Positions 1-7,749 are shown, numbered from the stretch's first letter. The stretch: DNA of 24,000 bases from Acaryochloris marina S15 (GCF_018336915.1 NZ_CP064923.1:715213-739212), one strand, 5' to 3'. Numbers and translations: made by a program. Notes: generated by a model not told the origin, from the letters alone.

Positions 1-69
1 GATCAGATGTTTAGCTTGTCCGCCAGTAAGGGTGACCCCTTGAAATTTTAGAAATTGATCCAGCTTCAT
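1..69 (-). CDS. RNA-binding S4-domain protein (YbcJ-like), N-terminal 23 codons only; continues past the window start
   Basis: Minus-strand ATG at 69-67. My translation MKLDQFLKFQGVTLTGGQAKHLI stays open to position 1. The KLDQFLK...TGGQAK pattern is typical of small S4-domain ribosome-associated proteins. Not in the ORF track because it is truncated. Confidence 0.5.
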   Translation of the reverse strand, partial: MKLDQFLKFQGVTLTGGQAKHLI

Positions 70-142
70 ACAGTTGTTCTGTCAGGTGTTCATGGTTCTC
101 AACCTAGGGTAAGCAATCTAGAACTAGAATGCTACCCCTCCC

Positions 143-1096
143 TTAAGCTTGGCCTGAATCATCAATAATGGAGCGAATCCCTTCGATGGATGCAGGAACC
201 GATCGAGGATCCATAAACATCACCTTGCTGCTGTCGCTTTCCCCGATGGTTGTTCCCATATCCATATAGTTTTGGGCTAATAAGAACTGTAGGGCCTGTT
301 CAGCTTTGGGATCTGTTTTGAGGGCTTGACTAACAATCTGCAACGCTTCTGAAGTGGCATGAGCCTTCAACACTCTATCTTGACGTTCCCCTTGGGCTCT
401 GAGAACGATAGACTGTTGCTCCGCTTCTGCTTCTAAAATGGCCGATTTTTTACGGGCTTCAGCCCCTAAGACTTGTGCCTCAGCAGAGCCGCGTGCGGAG
501 TTGACAGCAGCTTCTTTTTCACCTTCGGACGTTAGAATCGCTGCTCTTTTTTGGCGTTCAGCAGCCATTTGCAGTTCCATGGAATCTTGGACGGCTTTAG
601 AGGGGGTAATATCTCGTAGCTCAACCCGTGTGACTTTAACCCCCCAAGGATCGGTCGCGCTATCTAGCTCTTGCAGAAGGATTTCGCTAATTTGAGTGCG
701 GGCGGTGAAGGTTTCATCTAGTTCGAGCTTACCCATCTCAGCCCGAATTTGAGTTTGGACCAGATTGACCATGGCGGAAGAGAGGTTCTCAACCTTGTAA
801 TAGGCCTTCTCCATGTCGATAATCTGCCAATAAACCACGGCATCAACTGTAATGGCGACATTGTCGCAAGTAATACAGGATTGAGGGTCAATATCTAATA
901 CTTTTAGTCTTAATGTGTCTTTATAGACGATTTGGTCGAGTACAGGAAAAATAATGTTTAATCCTGGATCTAGACGTTTTTTATAACTTCCTAAGTTCTC
1001 GACTAGAGCAGCATTCCCTTGATTAACAATGCGTACAGAGCTAGCTGCACCAGCCCCACCTAAAGCGACCAAAATAACAGTTATAACTTGCCACAC
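143..1096 (-). CDS. SPFH/band-7 (stomatin/prohibitin-like) membrane scaffold protein
   Basis: 317-aa ORF with an N-terminal TM helix ([15 protein letters not shown]), an SPFH core ([32 protein letters not shown] ... [11 protein letters not shown]) and an Ala/Glu-rich coiled coil ([21 protein letters not shown]...). It lies 34 nt downstream of an NfeD gene, the canonical partner. Confidence 0.9.
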   Translation of the reverse strand: MWQVITVILVALGGAGAASSVRIVNQGNAALVENLGSYKKRLDPGLNIIFPVLDQIVYKDTLRLKVLDIDPQSCITCDNVAITVDAVVYWQIIDMEKAYYKVENLSSAMVNLVQTQIRAEMGKLELDETFTARTQISEILLQELDSATDPWGVKVTRVELRDITPSKAVQDSMELQMAAERQKRAAILTSEGEKEAAVNSARGSAEAQVLGAEARKKSAILEAEAEQQSIVLRAQGERQDRVLKAHATSEALQIVSQALKTDPKAEQALQFLLAQNYMDMGTTIGESDSSKVMFMDPRSVPASIEGIRSIIDDSGQA

Positions 1097-1130
1097 AGTG
1101 CTATCTCCCAGTAACTAAGTTTCAGGTGTT

Positions 1131-1571
1131 TTACGCTTTCGAATGAAAGGTTAGACCTTCTCCAAATTCGGCAGGAATGATAAATAAGGTTGTTCCTTTC
1201 CGGCCCACGACGTAAACTTTGGTCTTGCTTTCAATGGTCAGATTCTCATCCTCACAGCGGGCTTGCCAGGAACTTCCTTCATAGATCACCCGACCCGTTT
1301 GGCCTGCCGGGATCTGAGTGAGTGTCTCGGCTTCCACCTCGGCTTGTAAAATTCTGGCGGTTCTTTTGGGCACAAACCGGCGGACTAATCCAATCAACAG
1401 CACCGACAAGAGCAACCAAATCAAAGCCTGAAGATAGAACTGGGGAATGACCAAAGAAATAACCGCAACAGCAAGGGCACTGATGCCCATCATCAGTTCG
1501 ACAAAAGCGGTTGGTGTAATGACTTCAAATACACAAAACGCTAATCCTAGTCCTAACCATAGCCAAGCCAA
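1131..1571 (-). CDS. NfeD-family membrane protein (short form, TM helices plus C-terminal OB-like domain)
   Basis: 146-aa ORF with hydrophobic N-terminal helices and a soluble tail (GQTGRVIYEGSSWQARCED...KVYVVGRKGTTLFII) typical of the NfeD C-terminal domain. It is immediately upstream of, and co-oriented with, the SPFH gene. Confidence 0.85.
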   Translation of the reverse strand: MAWLWLGLGLAFCVFEVITPTAFVELMMGISALAVAVISLVIPQFYLQALIWLLLSVLLIGLVRRFVPKRTARILQAEVEAETLTQIPAGQTGRVIYEGSSWQARCEDENLTIESKTKVYVVGRKGTTLFIIPAEFGEGLTFHSKA

Positions 1572-1730
1572 AATCTTGTTCCTTACCGATTGCTGGATCT
1601 GGTTTATGCTTTACCCGCAGTATACCCAGGATGTTTCAGTTCTGTGGCTGACATAGGCAGTTTATACTTGAAGGCGCTAAATTAGAGCGGAGCTGGAATC
1701 AGCCCCAGCAGAAATTTACACACGATCACT

Positions 1731-4049
1731 ATGGGGATTGTTCACTGGTTAAAGCGAGTATTAGAGCCAAAGCGTCCTCGATCGACACCTTCTTCGCCTT
1801 CTCAGCCTTCAACTACAGCCTCAGACGAAGAAACATCAACTTCCCCAGCGGGTTTTGTTGATCCACCCCAAAGTAGTCCAGTGGAGCCAGTCGAGGACGC
1901 TCCGTCGATTGCAGTGCAGACTGCAGTTTTGGCGAAACCTCCTCCTACTGTTCGTGACGTTGTAACCTCCAATACTCAGACTGTTGCTCCCTCCCGAGCT
2001 ACCTGGGTATCAGTAGATAAGACTGTACAAGTGGGTAGCTACTGTCTGCCGGGTCTCGTTTATGTGGGGGACAACCTCAAAGGAATTAGTACCCATGTCA
2101 GCACTGAACCAGCCTTAATTCGACCGCAACTGAAACTAGATGAAGCGAAGCCCGATCGCAATGGCAATTGGATTAGCGAGTGGCCGTCCTATAGCGAAAT
2201 CCCCTCTGCTAGCCGAGCTGCATATTTGGAGTGGTTGGCGGATGGACGCTGTGACCCTCAGATTCCATTAGGGTATGTTTATCTTTTCTTCTATGGTCTA
2301 GAACGCCGGGTTCTCAGAGATTTTCGACGGGCTAAACGGCCTATCCTGACAGAACTATGCACCATCATGGTCGAGGTGGAACGCCTCCAAAATCTGTACG
2401 GTGATCAAGAGACATTTGGCGAAAAGACCCGTCAATTCTTAGAGATTTGCCGCTTCCTTATTCTCAATGAAATCACGGCTTTACCGCCCCCCTGGACTTT
2501 TGAAGCTGTAGAGTGGCCCCTAAGTTTAGAGGTCGGTCTAGGAACGTTAGCAGCGACTCAAACACCCCTCCCGGCAGATTGGGCTTTGTCCTGGGTGATG
2601 CATAGCTTTCCCAGTAAGTTGCGAACGCCGGCATCACGCTGTTTCCCTGAATGGCGGTCTTGGTTTAAGTATGAATATCATCAGAATTTTGGTGATGGGT
2701 TATTGCTAGAGCCTGATGCAGAACAAACTCTTCCTGCCGATACAGTTATCTATCAACCGACTAGCGTGTCCTTTGGGGGGAAAATTAAGCTGGACATCCC
2801 TGAACTGCCTAAAGTGGCGAATTCAGAGAAGATCTTAGAGCGGCTCCTACCTTTATTAGAAGCAGGGATGCAAACCCTCGACTCCTATAGCCGTTGGTTA
2901 GGACGTAATCCAGACGGGCAAGGCAGCTATAGTGCTCTGTTATTGCTGCCGTCGGAACTGATGGTGGAGTGTGCTTCCTCCCAGGTTAAGGCGTTTCGGG
3001 CTTGGGTGGAAAACAGTCTCACTGAAAGAGACATCGCTGTTGTGTGGGGACAAGACCTATTGCAGCAATGGCAAGACCCACCCCCAGACAAGCTGACGAA
3101 ATCAGAGGCAACGGTGTTATCGGACTACTTGACTCGTGTGGGAATTGGGATTGAGCCGGATGTCCAATTGGGGGGCAAACCTCCGACTGCTAATCAACCC
3201 TATGTCCTTTTTCGTCTACCCGAAACATCCCTCGCTGCACCTTCCGAGAAATATAAATTAGCGACGCTGTTATTACACCTGGCAGTAATGGTGGTGGTTG
3301 CTGATGGAGCTTTGACAGGGGCCGAGTTCCAGCGCTTGCAGAACTATTTAGCTTCAACGCCCCATTTACAGAATGGCGAACGGGCTAGGTTGCATGCTCA
3401 TTTGCACGGTTTACTGGTCGATAAACTCTCGTTGCGAGGGCTGAAAGTTAAATTGCAGCCGCTATCTGCGGATCGCAAGCTTGCGATCGCAAAGTTTCTC
3501 ATTCACTTAGCGGCAGTCGATGGTGAGATCAACCCATCAGAAATCGCTATCCTCAGCAAACTGTATCCCTTGTTGGGACTAGAGTCTCAGGCTGTCTACA
3601 GTCATATTCATGAAATGACCGTAGAGGCTCTACCCACGACGGCAACTTCTTCGCCTCCCAATTCTGATTCCGGTACGACAGAGACACTGCAATTAGATCG
3701 GGCATTAATTGATGCCAAAGTCACAGAGTCTGCCACGGTTTCTGCCTTGCTGGCGGATGTGTTTATTGAAGATGAGCCGCCGGAGGAGGTCGTTGAACCC
3801 GTCTGTGTTCCAGGTATTGCGGGATTGGATCAGCAACATTCCCAATTATTACAGCACTTGGGTCAACAATCTGAATGGCAGCGGCAGGATCTTGAACCGC
3901 TGGTAGATCAGCTAGGACTGATGCTGGATGGGGCTTTAGAAGTTATCAATGAAGTGGCTTTTGAGCAATGCGATGATCCACTGACGGAGGGGGAAGATCC
4001 CATTGTTATTGATGAGGATATTCTCCAAACCCTCTTAGATTCTGCTTAG
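1731..4049 (+). CDS. TerB-N / TerB / TerB-C multidomain protein (tellurite-resistance TerB superfamily, function unknown)
   Basis: 772-aa ORF. Residues ~1-90 are Pro/Ser/Thr-rich low complexity. A TerB-N-like block follows (TWVSVDKTVQVGSYCLPGLVYVG, AAYLEWLADGR, GYVYLFFYGLERR). The central TerB-like region has two DG helical repeats (LLLHLAVMVVVADGALTGAEF; KFLIHLAAVDGEINPSEI). The tail is acidic and TerB-C-like (LQLDRALIDAKVTESATVSALLADVF). Confidence 0.8.
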   Translation: MGIVHWLKRVLEPKRPRSTPSSPSQPSTTASDEETSTSPAGFVDPPQSSPVEPVEDAPSIAVQTAVLAKPPPTVRDVVTSNTQTVAPSRATWVSVDKTVQVGSYCLPGLVYVGDNLKGISTHVSTEPALIRPQLKLDEAKPDRNGNWISEWPSYSEIPSASRAAYLEWLADGRCDPQIPLGYVYLFFYGLERRVLRDFRRAKRPILTELCTIMVEVERLQNLYGDQETFGEKTRQFLEICRFLILNEITALPPPWTFEAVEWPLSLEVGLGTLAATQTPLPADWALSWVMHSFPSKLRTPASRCFPEWRSWFKYEYHQNFGDGLLLEPDAEQTLPADTVIYQPTSVSFGGKIKLDIPELPKVANSEKILERLLPLLEAGMQTLDSYSRWLGRNPDGQGSYSALLLLPSELMVECASSQVKAFRAWVENSLTERDIAVVWGQDLLQQWQDPPPDKLTKSEATVLSDYLTRVGIGIEPDVQLGGKPPTANQPYVLFRLPETSLAAPSEKYKLATLLLHLAVMVVVADGALTGAEFQRLQNYLASTPHLQNGERARLHAHLHGLLVDKLSLRGLKVKLQPLSADRKLAIAKFLIHLAAVDGEINPSEIAILSKLYPLLGLESQAVYSHIHEMTVEALPTTATSSPPNSDSGTTETLQLDRALIDAKVTESATVSALLADVFIEDEPPEEVVEPVCVPGIAGLDQQHSQLLQHLGQQSEWQRQDLEPLVDQLGLMLDGALEVINEVAFEQCDDPLTEGEDPIVIDEDILQTLLDSA
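3483..3490. repeat. HIP1 palindrome GCGATCGC
   Basis: Exact octamer; extended form TGCGATCGCA. Confidence 0.95.
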
Positions 4050-4062
4050 GTGCAGCTGTGAT

Positions 4063-5007
4063 CTAAATATAGGCTCGAATATCGCCGTAATCGTTGAGGG
4101 CATATTGGATTTGCAGCATGAGTCGAGGACGTGAGATGGGGCGTTTGCCTTTATGGAAGCAGAAAGTATCTTCCGCAATCCCCAATCCTGCCCGTCCGCA
4201 AACCGTTAAGACCTGATCGACTCCATAGGTATCCACTAGAGTGCGATCCCTCAGACTGGCACACCGCTGCCCCATCCATTGATGTCTGAGCTTTTTGCCC
4301 CAATGGGTTCCCTGAATGCAAACATGGGGACCGTTACTCTCATCCACATCTGTTAAGTAGAAAAAGAATTTTATCGAGCGATAGTCATCAATATCGTAGT
4401 GGAAGACTTGGGCACCTTTAATCTGCTGTTTCCAAGTGGATTCTCCAGGAAAACTCCACAACAACTCGCTGCCAATGGCTGTGGGCTTTTCACCTAAATA
4501 TTCGGTTGCGATCGCAACCAGTCCTGGATCATGAATAAGATTCTGCACGGCAGCGCAATCTTGGGTACTCACACTTCCTAATTGGAACGAGTATCCTAGG
4601 GCAGTTTCTAGAGTTGCTCGATCCTTGTACTGGCAGCGAATATTGGCATCTCGATCTGCTGCAAAGGGAGTTTGATGGGCAAAGTCTACCAATTCATCGA
4701 CCAGGATGTCTGATAACTGAAGACCCGCATAAATACCTTGTTGGCGTAAAACGGTGGAGATTGTTTGGGGATCTGGAAACGTCACTAAAGACGTTTGAGA
4801 CGGTGCGGATTCGTCAAATTTCCCATTGGCTGTCATCGCTCCCCATACCTGTCTAATCAATTCGATGCGGGCCAGTTTACGCATCAGAAATAACTTGGGG
4901 TTGTAGACCAAACAGGTTATGGATCGAGACACATAGCAAAATAGTTTATCTAGAAACAGTCGATAGACCCTTGGTCGCACGACTTGCCTCAAAGCAGTGG
5001 CAACCAT
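4063..5007 (-). CDS. Phytanoyl-CoA dioxygenase (PhyH) family 2OG-Fe(II) oxygenase
   Basis: 314-aa ORF with an HxD motif (VFHYDIDD), the PhyH-typical LTDVDESNGPHVCIQGTH block, a distal His (FCFHKG) and downstream Arg residues (RPISRPR). The start is uncertain: Met42 (nt 4884) or Met58 (nt 4836) are alternatives, because the first ~57 aa look atypical. Confidence 0.75.
   Translation of the reverse strand: MVATALRQVVRPRVYRLFLDKLFCYVSRSITCLVYNPKLFLMRKLARIELIRQVWGAMTANGKFDESAPSQTSLVTFPDPQTISTVLRQQGIYAGLQLSDILVDELVDFAHQTPFAADRDANIRCQYKDRATLETALGYSFQLGSVSTQDCAAVQNLIHDPGLVAIATEYLGEKPTAIGSELLWSFPGESTWKQQIKGAQVFHYDIDDYRSIKFFFYLTDVDESNGPHVCIQGTHWGKKLRHQWMGQRCASLRDRTLVDTYGVDQVLTVCGRAGLGIAEDTFCFHKGKRPISRPRLMLQIQYALNDYGDIRAYI
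4508..4515. repeat. HIP1 palindrome GCGATCGC
   Basis: Exact octamer; extended form TGCGATCGCA. Confidence 0.95.
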
Positions 5008-5062
5008 AGATAGGAATGAAACCTTGAATAGTGAAGAAACAGGATGCCAAAGGGGTTCTCAC

Positions 5063-5091
5063 AAAAAATTTCTCCTGAATTTCAGGAGAAA
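5063..5091 (-). terminator. Candidate Rho-independent terminator or attenuator hairpin (minus strand)
   Basis: Minus strand reads TTTCTCCTGAA-A-TTCAGGAGAAA (11-nt arms, about 10 bp stem) followed directly by TTTTTTG. It lies about 55 nt upstream of the annotated ATG of the PhyH gene and about 300 nt downstream of the phnE-like stop. Confidence 0.5.
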
Positions 5092-5106
5092 GCAAAATAT
5101 TTTGCT
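5091..5106. repeat. Perfect 16-bp AT-rich palindrome AGCAAAATATTTTGCT (function unknown; possible operator or RNA hairpin)
   Basis: Self-complementary by direct reading. It abuts the 5069-5091 hairpin and shares GCT with a third stem (GCTAGG 5104-5109 / CCTAGC 5123-5128). Confidence 0.5.
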
Positions 5107-5237
5107 AGGGAAGAAATACAAACCTAGCATGTCATTCTAAAAATTCAAGGCTTTGGACAATATTTTATTTTTTGAAATTAAATATTGAGCGCTCTCACTC
5201 GATGAGATTTATTTCCCTGCACCCTCAATAATTTCAG

Positions 5238-5266
5238 ACAAAAAAATAACCCCAGTGGGGCTATTG
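5238..5266 (-). terminator. Candidate Rho-independent terminator for the phnE-like gene
   Basis: Minus strand reads ATAGCCCC-ACT-GGGGTTAT (8 bp including one G-U, tight loop) followed by TTTTTTTG. It is about 125 nt downstream of the stop at 5391. Confidence 0.4.
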
Positions 5267-5390
5267 GTGTAAGGAGTGGTACAAGACGCAATTTGCGCTT
5301 ATCTAAGTTGATTTCATTAAAACGTAAAGGGGTGAAGATGTTGTGAAGTCAGGGACTTAAAGCTTGCTTAACCCAGAGATTGCAAAATAT

Positions 5391-7085
5391 TTAGATCGAC
5401 TTCAAGTGTTGCCGGAGATATTGGCTCAGCCAGTCAACACCCAAGCTGAGAAGGATAAAACAACCTAGCGTCCACAACACCCCTGAACTATCGAAACTAC
5501 TCAGTTGTTCACTGAGTAAGCGTCCCAGACCTCCAGCGCCCACGAGCCCCACAATCACCGTTTCCCGCATGCCTACCTCCCAGCGGTAGCAGGAATAGGC
5601 CAAAAAACGGGGCAGGGTCATGGGTAAAACGCCATAGAGGAAAACAGAGGGGCTAGAGGCTCCTTGGGCTTGCAGTGCTACCAAGGGCTGCTGATCCAAA
5701 TTTTCATTGACTTCGGCCATTAGACGTCCCAGAATGCCGAGATTATGGATGCCAAGTGCGATCGCACCCGGTAGCACTCCCGGAAATACGATAAACAACA
5801 TCACCAAAGCCCAAATAGGTGCGGGTACAGAGCGGCAGAGCAACAAAAATAGCCGAGTCATGCCTACGAGTAGCCGACCGATTACTTGGCGTAACGGACT
5901 TGCTTGTGAGGGAAGAAAGAGTCCGCCAGGCAGAAAAAAATTGGCAGCCGTTCCAAAGGACAACACCATGCCCCCGCAGCCGGCACCCAAAATGGCGATC
6001 AAAGCCATGCCCAGGGTTTGGAGCGAAGCATCAAAGGTTTCCAATAGGGGCAGGCTAGGTTGTAACGGCCATAATCCTACGAATATTTGCTGGCTATTGT
6101 GCCAAGTTTGGGGGGCAACTAAGGCATATAGATCAGGGTCAATATAAAACCAACTCCAAGCTACTGCCCCAACTAGGCCAACGACCATCAGTATGCAGGA
6201 GAACAGGTTATTGGAGGCTGAACGTTCAGGATCGAGATGTTTATAATGCACCTGTTTATTCTTGAGCACATATTTTAGGTGCAAACTAATCCGGTTTTGG
6301 CAGCCCAGCCGCTGGCGACACCGAGCACTGCTCCAATCAATCACGCCATTCAAAATGACTAAAGCATAGACAAAGGTCCATACTTGCTGGTATTGCAAGG
6401 ACTGCAAACTCAAAAAGATTTCATGGCCCAACCCTCCAACCCCAATAATGCCTAAGGTTGCAGCTGACCGTAGGGAGCATTCAAAGCGATAGAAACTATA
6501 GGACAGTAGATTCTTGCTGGCAGAGGGCAATAATCCATATAGGAAGGCATTAAAGGGACGTCCGCCACTTTGAAGGATAGCCTCAAATGATTGACGGGGC
6601 GTATCGTCAAGAATGTCACCAAAGACTTTCGCTACGATAGCGCTAAAGGGAATGGTAATGGCTGCGATCGCAGTCAGCGGATCCAGTCCCCACAGATTAA
6701 TTAGTAAGAGTCCCCACAACATTTCGTGAATGGCACGAGGGACTACCAGTAGGCTTCTTAAGCCCCGGCGTAAACTGGGAGCAATGTCTAAGACTTGCCC
6801 TCCCACGTCTGAAATGAGGATACTGCCGACAAAACCGAGGCAGATACTGAATACTGTGCCGCAAATGGCATAGGCCAACGTTGTTAGTAGTCCTTGCCAG
6901 GCGGTTTCCATCAACGTAGCTGTTAGATCAGGATGGAGGCTAGCTTGCCAAAACTCTAGAAACTGGGGCCAACCATTCAGGTTCCATAGTTGGCTCGTAA
7001 AGATAGCCAGCCCACTCCCAACCATGAGCAACAAACAAACACTAGGCAGCCATAGTCGTCTGAGGGCGATAGATTTTGAGGCCAT
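5391..7085 (-). CDS. phnE: Fused double PhnE-type (phosphonate-family) ABC transporter permease
   Basis: 564-aa polytopic membrane ORF containing two PhnE-like EAA/permease cores: ...LLPSASKNLLSYSFYRFECSLRSAATLGIIGVGGLG... and ...VLPMTLPRFLAYSCYRWEVGMRETVIVGLVGAGGLG... There is a good SD (GAGGTGG) before the ATG at 7085. Confidence 0.75.
   Translation of the reverse strand: MASKSIALRRLWLPSVCLLLMVGSGLAIFTSQLWNLNGWPQFLEFWQASLHPDLTATLMETAWQGLLTTLAYAICGTVFSICLGFVGSILISDVGGQVLDIAPSLRRGLRSLLVVPRAIHEMLWGLLLINLWGLDPLTAIAAITIPFSAIVAKVFGDILDDTPRQSFEAILQSGGRPFNAFLYGLLPSASKNLLSYSFYRFECSLRSAATLGIIGVGGLGHEIFLSLQSLQYQQVWTFVYALVILNGVIDWSSARCRQRLGCQNRISLHLKYVLKNKQVHYKHLDPERSASNNLFSCILMVVGLVGAVAWSWFYIDPDLYALVAPQTWHNSQQIFVGLWPLQPSLPLLETFDASLQTLGMALIAILGAGCGGMVLSFGTAANFFLPGGLFLPSQASPLRQVIGRLLVGMTRLFLLLCRSVPAPIWALVMLFIVFPGVLPGAIALGIHNLGILGRLMAEVNENLDQQPLVALQAQGASSPSVFLYGVLPMTLPRFLAYSCYRWEVGMRETVIVGLVGAGGLGRLLSEQLSSFDSSGVLWTLGCFILLSLGVDWLSQYLRQHLKSI
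5758..5765. repeat. HIP1 palindrome GCGATCGC
   Basis: Exact octamer; extended form TGCGATCGCA. Confidence 0.95.
6664..6671. repeat. HIP1 palindrome GCGATCGC
   Basis: Exact octamer; extended form TGCGATCGCA. Confidence 0.95.
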
Positions 7086-7213
7086 GCCACCTCACTTATG
7101 CTTCAGAAGACTGATCTTGCCAAACCGTAATGGGGCGATGCAAGACAAGAATAGTTGGCTCAAAGACTGAATTCAGTTGGGAACAAGATAAGACCACTGC
7201 TTCATGACAATCT

Positions 7214-7267
7214 CAAAAAAGAAGCCCTCGTGCTGATTTAAATCCGTTTTCAGGTCAGCAGTAGGGC
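7214..7267 (-). terminator. Candidate Rho-independent terminator downstream of the 75-aa ORF
   Basis: Minus strand reads GCCCT-AC-TGCTGA ...18-nt loop... TCAGCA-CG-AGGGC (5+6 bp with a 2x2 internal loop) followed by TTCTTTTTTG. It starts about 30 nt after the stop at 7296. Confidence 0.5.
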
Positions 7268-7295
7268 CGTAGACGCAGTTAGGAGGTATCTTGCC

Positions 7296-7523
7296 TTACA
7301 AGTTAGCGACACTATTCATTAAACGTAGATCTCTTAACGAAGTCTTCAGAGTTGATAGTGCGATAACCTCCATGTTTAATATACCTTCACCCTTATTTAT
7401 CTTCATCAGAGAATTGGGATTGGCAATTGCTAGAATCAGGTCATCCTGCCTTAGTGCCTGTTGATAGAAAGCGGCAGTATCTGCGTTTCTTCCCCATGAA
7501 CCAACCTTTATACCCCTAACCAC
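7296..7523 (-). CDS. Hypothetical small protein (75 aa, GTG start), no family recognised
   Basis: The support is the ORF plus a terminator-like hairpin directly downstream. I recognise no motif. Its start is only 10 bp from the divergent start at 7534, so the true start may be internal, or the ORF may be spurious. Confidence 0.3.
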   Translation of the reverse strand: MVRGIKVGSWGRNADTAAFYQQALRQDDLILAIANPNSLMKINKGEGILNMEVIALSTLKTSLRDLRLMNSVANL

Positions 7524-7533
7524 CCCTTACATC

Positions 7534-7749
7534 GTGAATCCTATTCTTCTGATTGCGGCTATCCTCGTTTCTTGGTTGGTCTTTACCTGGCTGTTACGGG
7601 TGGTTAAAACCACCCTCAAAACAGCCTTTTTGTTGGCTCTGATTGTTTTGGGCTTGCAGGTGGTCGTGGGGATTGGTCCCGATCAGGTTCTCCAAGCGGT
7701 TCTGGATCTTCCCAGAGTGATTCAAGAGCTACTGAGTGGTCAATCCTAA
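7534..7749 (+). CDS. Hypothetical small membrane protein (71 aa, two predicted TM helices)
   Basis: GTG start. Hydrophobic segments are ILLIAAILVSWLVFTWLL and AFLLALIVLGLQVVVGI. The composition is protein-like, but I recognise no family. Confidence 0.5.
   Translation: MNPILLIAAILVSWLVFTWLLRVVKTTLKTAFLLALIVLGLQVVVGIGPDQVLQAVLDLPRVIQELLSGQS

Noticed and set aside
5044-5127. Short ORFs in the 5008-5390 spacer: a plus-strand 27-aa ORF (MPKGFSQKISPEFQEKAKYFAREEIQT) and a minus-strand 23-aa ORF (MLGLYFFPSKIFCFLLKFRRNFL).
   Set aside because: They run through the palindromic hairpins, so their openness is partly a consequence of sequence symmetry. I cannot support them with ribosome-binding sites or conservation.
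1731-7085. The idea that TerB + PhyH dioxygenase + phnE form an accessory island or defence-type system.
   Set aside because: The three genes are in different orientations and are separated by terminators. There are no nuclease, ATPase, helicase, methylase or mobility genes and no flanking repeats or tRNA-adjacent integration scar. HIP1 copies sit inside them as in the housekeeping genes. The sequence provides no evidence that they work together.
7086-7213. A possible Pho box or sigma70 promoter upstream of the phnE-like gene.
   Set aside because: I could not find tandem PyTTAAPyPy(T/A) repeats. The only hexamer pair (TTGGCA-17-CATAAG) would remove the SD from the transcript. That is not enough to call.
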